Below, in pieces: positions 59,958 through 64,000 of a stretch of 64,000 nt of DNA. Every line of letters begins with the position of its first letter. The stretch's first letter is position 1. Where the stretch lies: NCBI GenBank assembly GCA_051294375.1, contig CM119265.1:12009611-12073610 (forward strand). Reading direction: 5' to 3'. This DNA is from Paraspadella gotoi. Taxonomy: Eukaryota; Animalia; Chaetognatha. A program made the translations under genes and the position numbers. The notes below the pieces were generated by a model. That model was not told where the DNA came from and did not search any database. It was given only the letters and a program-made list of their open reading frames with translations.

Positions 59958-62305
59958 AAATTCTTGTGAATTACAAATTTTTCTACAAACTTCTGGAAAC
60001 TTTACCCCCTCTCTATCTCTCTTTCCCCCTCCCTCTTCTTCTTTTGTGCCAATTCATAAAATTAGTAAAATCATATTTATTTTTAACTTATTTTTACTTC
60101 TTTAAAGATTATTTTGAATTTTGTACTTTTCATTCATTTTTATTCAAAGTAGTTGAAATATTGGCTTAATAATTGTTCTTATTATTGTTATTAGCGAGGA
60201 TAATGGCGCCACCCTCGAGGTTATTATAGATCAATTTACTAATAAAATAATATTAAAAAACATATATGAATATAAACATAAAGTAGAATTATTGTTAACT
60301 TAAATTCAAAAGAATAGTATTAGAAAAATCTTTCAAAAATGCAATTATTTCCTTTTTTTAAGTTTTGAAATATTAATGTAAGTATTTAATAATTTTAGTA
60401 ATATACATGTATACATATAATTTAATAAAAAATTAAAATATTTAGAACTATGTATAATTAACCAGAAAATAAGCTTAAAATTACTAATTTTAGTCTAGAA
60501 ACATTTTATTTCAAAAAACAACAGCTATTTTTAAACCGGAAGTGGTACGCCACATAAAGTGGCGTGGAAAGTCCATAAATCACAACCTGAGAAATTTTTC
60601 ATTGTGATATTCGTTTTTTTCACTAAAATTGGAATAAGAAACTTTGCGAGAACCAACAAACTTTTCTAAAGTAGGATATTTTTGGGAGCCCTATAAAATA
60701 GGTTACGTAAACAAAACATTTCTGACAATATAAAAAAATTATTAAGCAAAATAATTGTTATTATTATTATTATTGTTCAAAATATATTATTGAAAAGCTT
60801 TGCCTTTAATCAGTCTGCAAATGGTTGCTGTATTAAGTAAGCCAAAGCATATTAAAGGATAAATTTTACTTCATAAATAAATAAAATTAAATATTTATAA
60901 TAAATTTAATAGATTAAAAAAAAAAGAATTATTATTATTTACTTAATCTTATGTATAATAAATATATGATATTATATAAATTATAAAAATCAGTATTATG
61001 TTTTTTTAAATATTTTTTTTAATTTAATAATTATAATCTTATTTTATTTTTATGGAGCTGGAGCTGGGCATTTTTATTTCGGCTCCGGCTCCAGTCAAAA
61101 ATTTTTTTCGGCTCCGGCTCCAGCTCCAGCCAGATAAAAATTCTGGCTCCGGCTCCGGCAAAAAAAGCTCGGCTCCAGCGGCTCCAGCTCCGGCTCCACA
61201 TCCCTGGGTACAAGTCCCAATAAAATCGAGCAAAGTGTTCGAAAGTTATATGAGGATAAAGTCGATTTGTACAAAAATCGAAAAAGAAGAAATTAGTTTT
61301 TGTCAAAAAGAGTCAAGGACTTTTCCCTATTAAAAGTGTTTATAACATGAAATTGGTACAACCAATATAAAAATTAACCAATAACCATTCATTTAATAAA
61401 TAAGCTTTCTTGCCCCTGACTTTGGAAAGGCTTTGGTGGTTTAAGGCCTCCATCACTCTTACAAGATAATGACTTAGCAGGTCCCAGAAAGTTTTCAATC
61501 ATGACTCTCTCACAGTCTCGTTTATTCACTCCCAGAGTACCTGGCTTCCCTATCAATGAAGTGGTATGTTTTAAAGAGCGTTTTAAAAAGATATATTTTT
61601 AAAATTTTTTTTAAAATTAAAAAGAAATAATTGTTTTACCAATTTGATAATAAAAATTTAAAAAAATAAAAATTTGTAAAATTTCAATAGCCATGTTAAT
61701 ATTATTAGATTAATTAGCTTTTTTAAATATTTTTTATTATACAGAACTATCAAAACAAATTGAAACATATTTATTAATTGTTTTTTAAAAAAAATAGTTA
61801 TTATTGAAATGTTTATGCTCTCTTTTGCATTATATTCAACCTTACGATGACGCATTAATCTCATTTGCATATTCGAGTCACTCGATTTTAATTACTAACC
61901 TTTTGAGAATACTTGACCTGCCGGGTGTGTATCTAATATCCATTAAATATGGTTCTGATCATTTTTGGAAAGTTTTTTGAAAATCTAAATCTAGATTCAG
62001 GCACTATCTAAATTGCTTAATGGGTTTAGAAGAAATTGACCAAAAACAACTAAAATACCTCTCCCTTTTTTCAACATTCTCGCCTTTTAAGATTTTCGCC
62101 GATTCTGACTTCCTCTTACAAACTTTAATTCCGCTAGTTAATTTTTTTCCCTTAAACGAACGAAAGGAATCCATAACTTTCTATTATTTTATAATTACTG
62201 GGTAAAAGAATATAATGAATTATATTAACATTTTTGATATTATGAAAGTGTAATGTCTTGTGAAGCCTGTGAGAGTTAAATAATTAAAAAATTCGCCTAT
62301 TTTAT

Positions 62306-63437
62306 TAGGGGAGCCTAACTCAGTAAGGTGGTTAAGAAATTTGAATTAAGTACCTGCTCAAACAAAAATTTAAAGATTTTTTTAAACAATTGAATAGACA
62401 AAAAGTTTTAATATTACTCCATAATTTTTTACTATTTATTTATAAATAGGAAAGGCTAAAATTTTTTAAGAATTTTTTAATTTTTAAGATCAGATTCAGG
62501 TAGCTTGCAAAAAGCTATCTACACAAAGTATAATTCTTTTTTCGATATTTTGATCATAAGTTGGTGAAAATTATGAAAAACTATTTATAATCATTATCAT
62601 CATCATCTTTCGATAATTGTATTACTTTTTATTAATTTTGACTAAGAAAACATAAAAAATTTTGAAAGTTGTAGTTATATTTTTTATTTAACTTTTTATG
62701 CTCTATCGGAATCCATCAAAAAAAGTTAGGATTGATTAAAAAAAAATTTAACATTATATAGTAATATTGTAATTTTAATAGCAACAATAAAAGCATTAAA
62801 ATCTTACCTTTCAAAATTTTTTTTACCTGAAAGTAGGCTTCAAGACTAAAGTTTTGAACCCCCGCCCCTATTGAATTTAATTTCATAGTAGATTTCTAAT
62901 TTTATTATTGAAAAATAACATCAAAGTGAAGAAGTTGAACGTCTTCCGGCTCCTTTCAGTAAACATCCCTGTTCTCTAACATAAAATAATGTTTACTTTT
63001 TGCTGGTGGAAAAGAATGAGGCTGTGATGGGGTAAATAATATTTTGTAGAATTTTGTAAGCATGCTTATAAAATCAGACAAGCAAATATTTAAGTGAAAA
63101 AAAAAATATTTTCTTTATCCAAAAAACTTTAAAGTTTTACTAGAGTACAATTTAGCCTCTTTTTTTTTCAGAATCATTAAAAAGAATTGAATTTTGATTT
63201 ATTTTTATGGGGTATCATTTTTTAAAAAATTCATTATAATTTAGCGTTTAGCGTGTCAAAAAAATAGGAAAAAAAGAGTAAAACGTTCTGACAAATTTAA
63301 AAATTTATGGAGGAATCTAGTATACTTAACAATGTAGGAGAAATGTCACAATGTCTACTTAAAAATGTATAAATTTTGGTTTGAGCTTGTACTCGCTCTA
63401 AATTTTTGACTTACCCCATTGAGTGCGGTTGCCCCTA
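62306..63437. mobile_element. Diverged TIR element; the same end motif occurs at about 60-112, 2490-2550, 16252 and 35148
   Basis: End motif TTTTGAC(T)CACCCCATTGAG..GCCCCTA with a degenerate inverted partner at 62306. Confidence 0.55.
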
Positions 63438-63689
63438 TTTTAAGCAAGATTTTCACCTGATCTCTGATGAAAAAAGCCAAAAGTTTTTTAAATATATTCT
63501 AATACCAGCCAATGTAGAATAATGGCAATATTGCTATTATTCTGTTTCAAATAAATCCCAGGGGCGTTTATAAAGTTTGGTAGTCAGATTCGAACGAAAA
63601 TCTTTGTTGAAAAAATATTCCTTAACTTCTAAGAGCAACGTAGTTAGTTAACGTGGAATAGCTTCAAACAAATTACTGACACTAATTTC

Positions 63690-64000
63690 TTATTTGTTTT
63701 TCTTCAACGTCCTTTGCTTCTCTCCAAACTCGACTATCTTTTCGTCCACTTTGATTCCCTTCCGTCTCCTGACATCGTTCATGTACTTCCGAGCTACATT
63801 TTCGCTGTCCGCCTTTTCACCAAAATGCGCGTATTCTTCCTCCGTGGTCGGCACCCACAGCGGGTCTAGATCGAAGGTTTCCCAGTGGCTGAAGACGAGT
63901 TGGGGACTGGCCAATCCGCTCGTCCGCTTTCGCACCTCGTCGCAGAAGCCGAAGGATTCGACGACAGGAAGAACGGCGTCGATTACGAAAACGTTGGAGC
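63690..64000 (-). CDS. EFL1: Elongation factor-like GTPase 1 (EFL1/EFTUD1/Ria1), last exon, partial
   Basis: [69 protein letters not shown]. Confidence 0.96.
   Translation of the reverse strand, partial: SNVFVIDAVLPVVESFGFCDEVRKRTSGLASPQLVFSHWETFDLDPLWVPTTEEEYAHFGEKADSENVARKYMNDVRRRKGIKVDEKIVEFGEKQRTLKKNK

Larger units (their letters stand above)
58422..60693. mobile_element. Nested long-TIR element (TAG..CTA ends)
   Basis: TTTATGGACTTTCC..CTTCCGGTT at about 58535-58580 mirrored at about 60535-60580. Confidence 0.72.
54873..61206. mobile_element. 6.3-kb non-autonomous hAT-like element with nested cargo
   Basis: Perfect 16-bp TIR CAGGGATGTGGAGCCG, 8-bp TSD GGTACAAG, subterminal (C/G)GCTCC arrays. 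Confidence 0.93.

Noticed and set aside
61031-61333. Pro/Ala/Glu-repeat ORFs (also 54515-54988)
   Set aside because: Translations of hAT subterminal GGCTCC repeats

Overview
AT-rich animal (metazoan) genomic window with a 10-N gap at 2599-2608. Eight protein-coding genes lie on the minus strand, in transcription order: EFL1 3' end, a CENP-B/pogo-HTH gene, an SRSF4/5/6-like splicing factor, profilin-4-like, AROS/RPS19BP1-like, RPA43/POLR1F, a 23-kb DEPDC1/DEPDC7-like gene and a small FYVE-like/ankyrin-like gene. Several intergenic gaps are only about 80-370 bp and carry unpaired 3' splice acceptors, which suggests a trans-spliced operon. The large introns are filled with nested non-autonomous transposons: hAT (8-bp TSDs), Tc1/mariner and foldbacks (TA TSDs), Helentron/DINE-like elements and Penelope remnants. 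About nine minimal hammerhead ribozyme motifs are present. The most unusual feature is a set of 235-290 bp TG...CA-bounded insertions with 4-bp TSDs that join a tRNA-like Pol III head to a covarying twister-like RNA fold. All calls were made by eye; no searches or folding programs were run.
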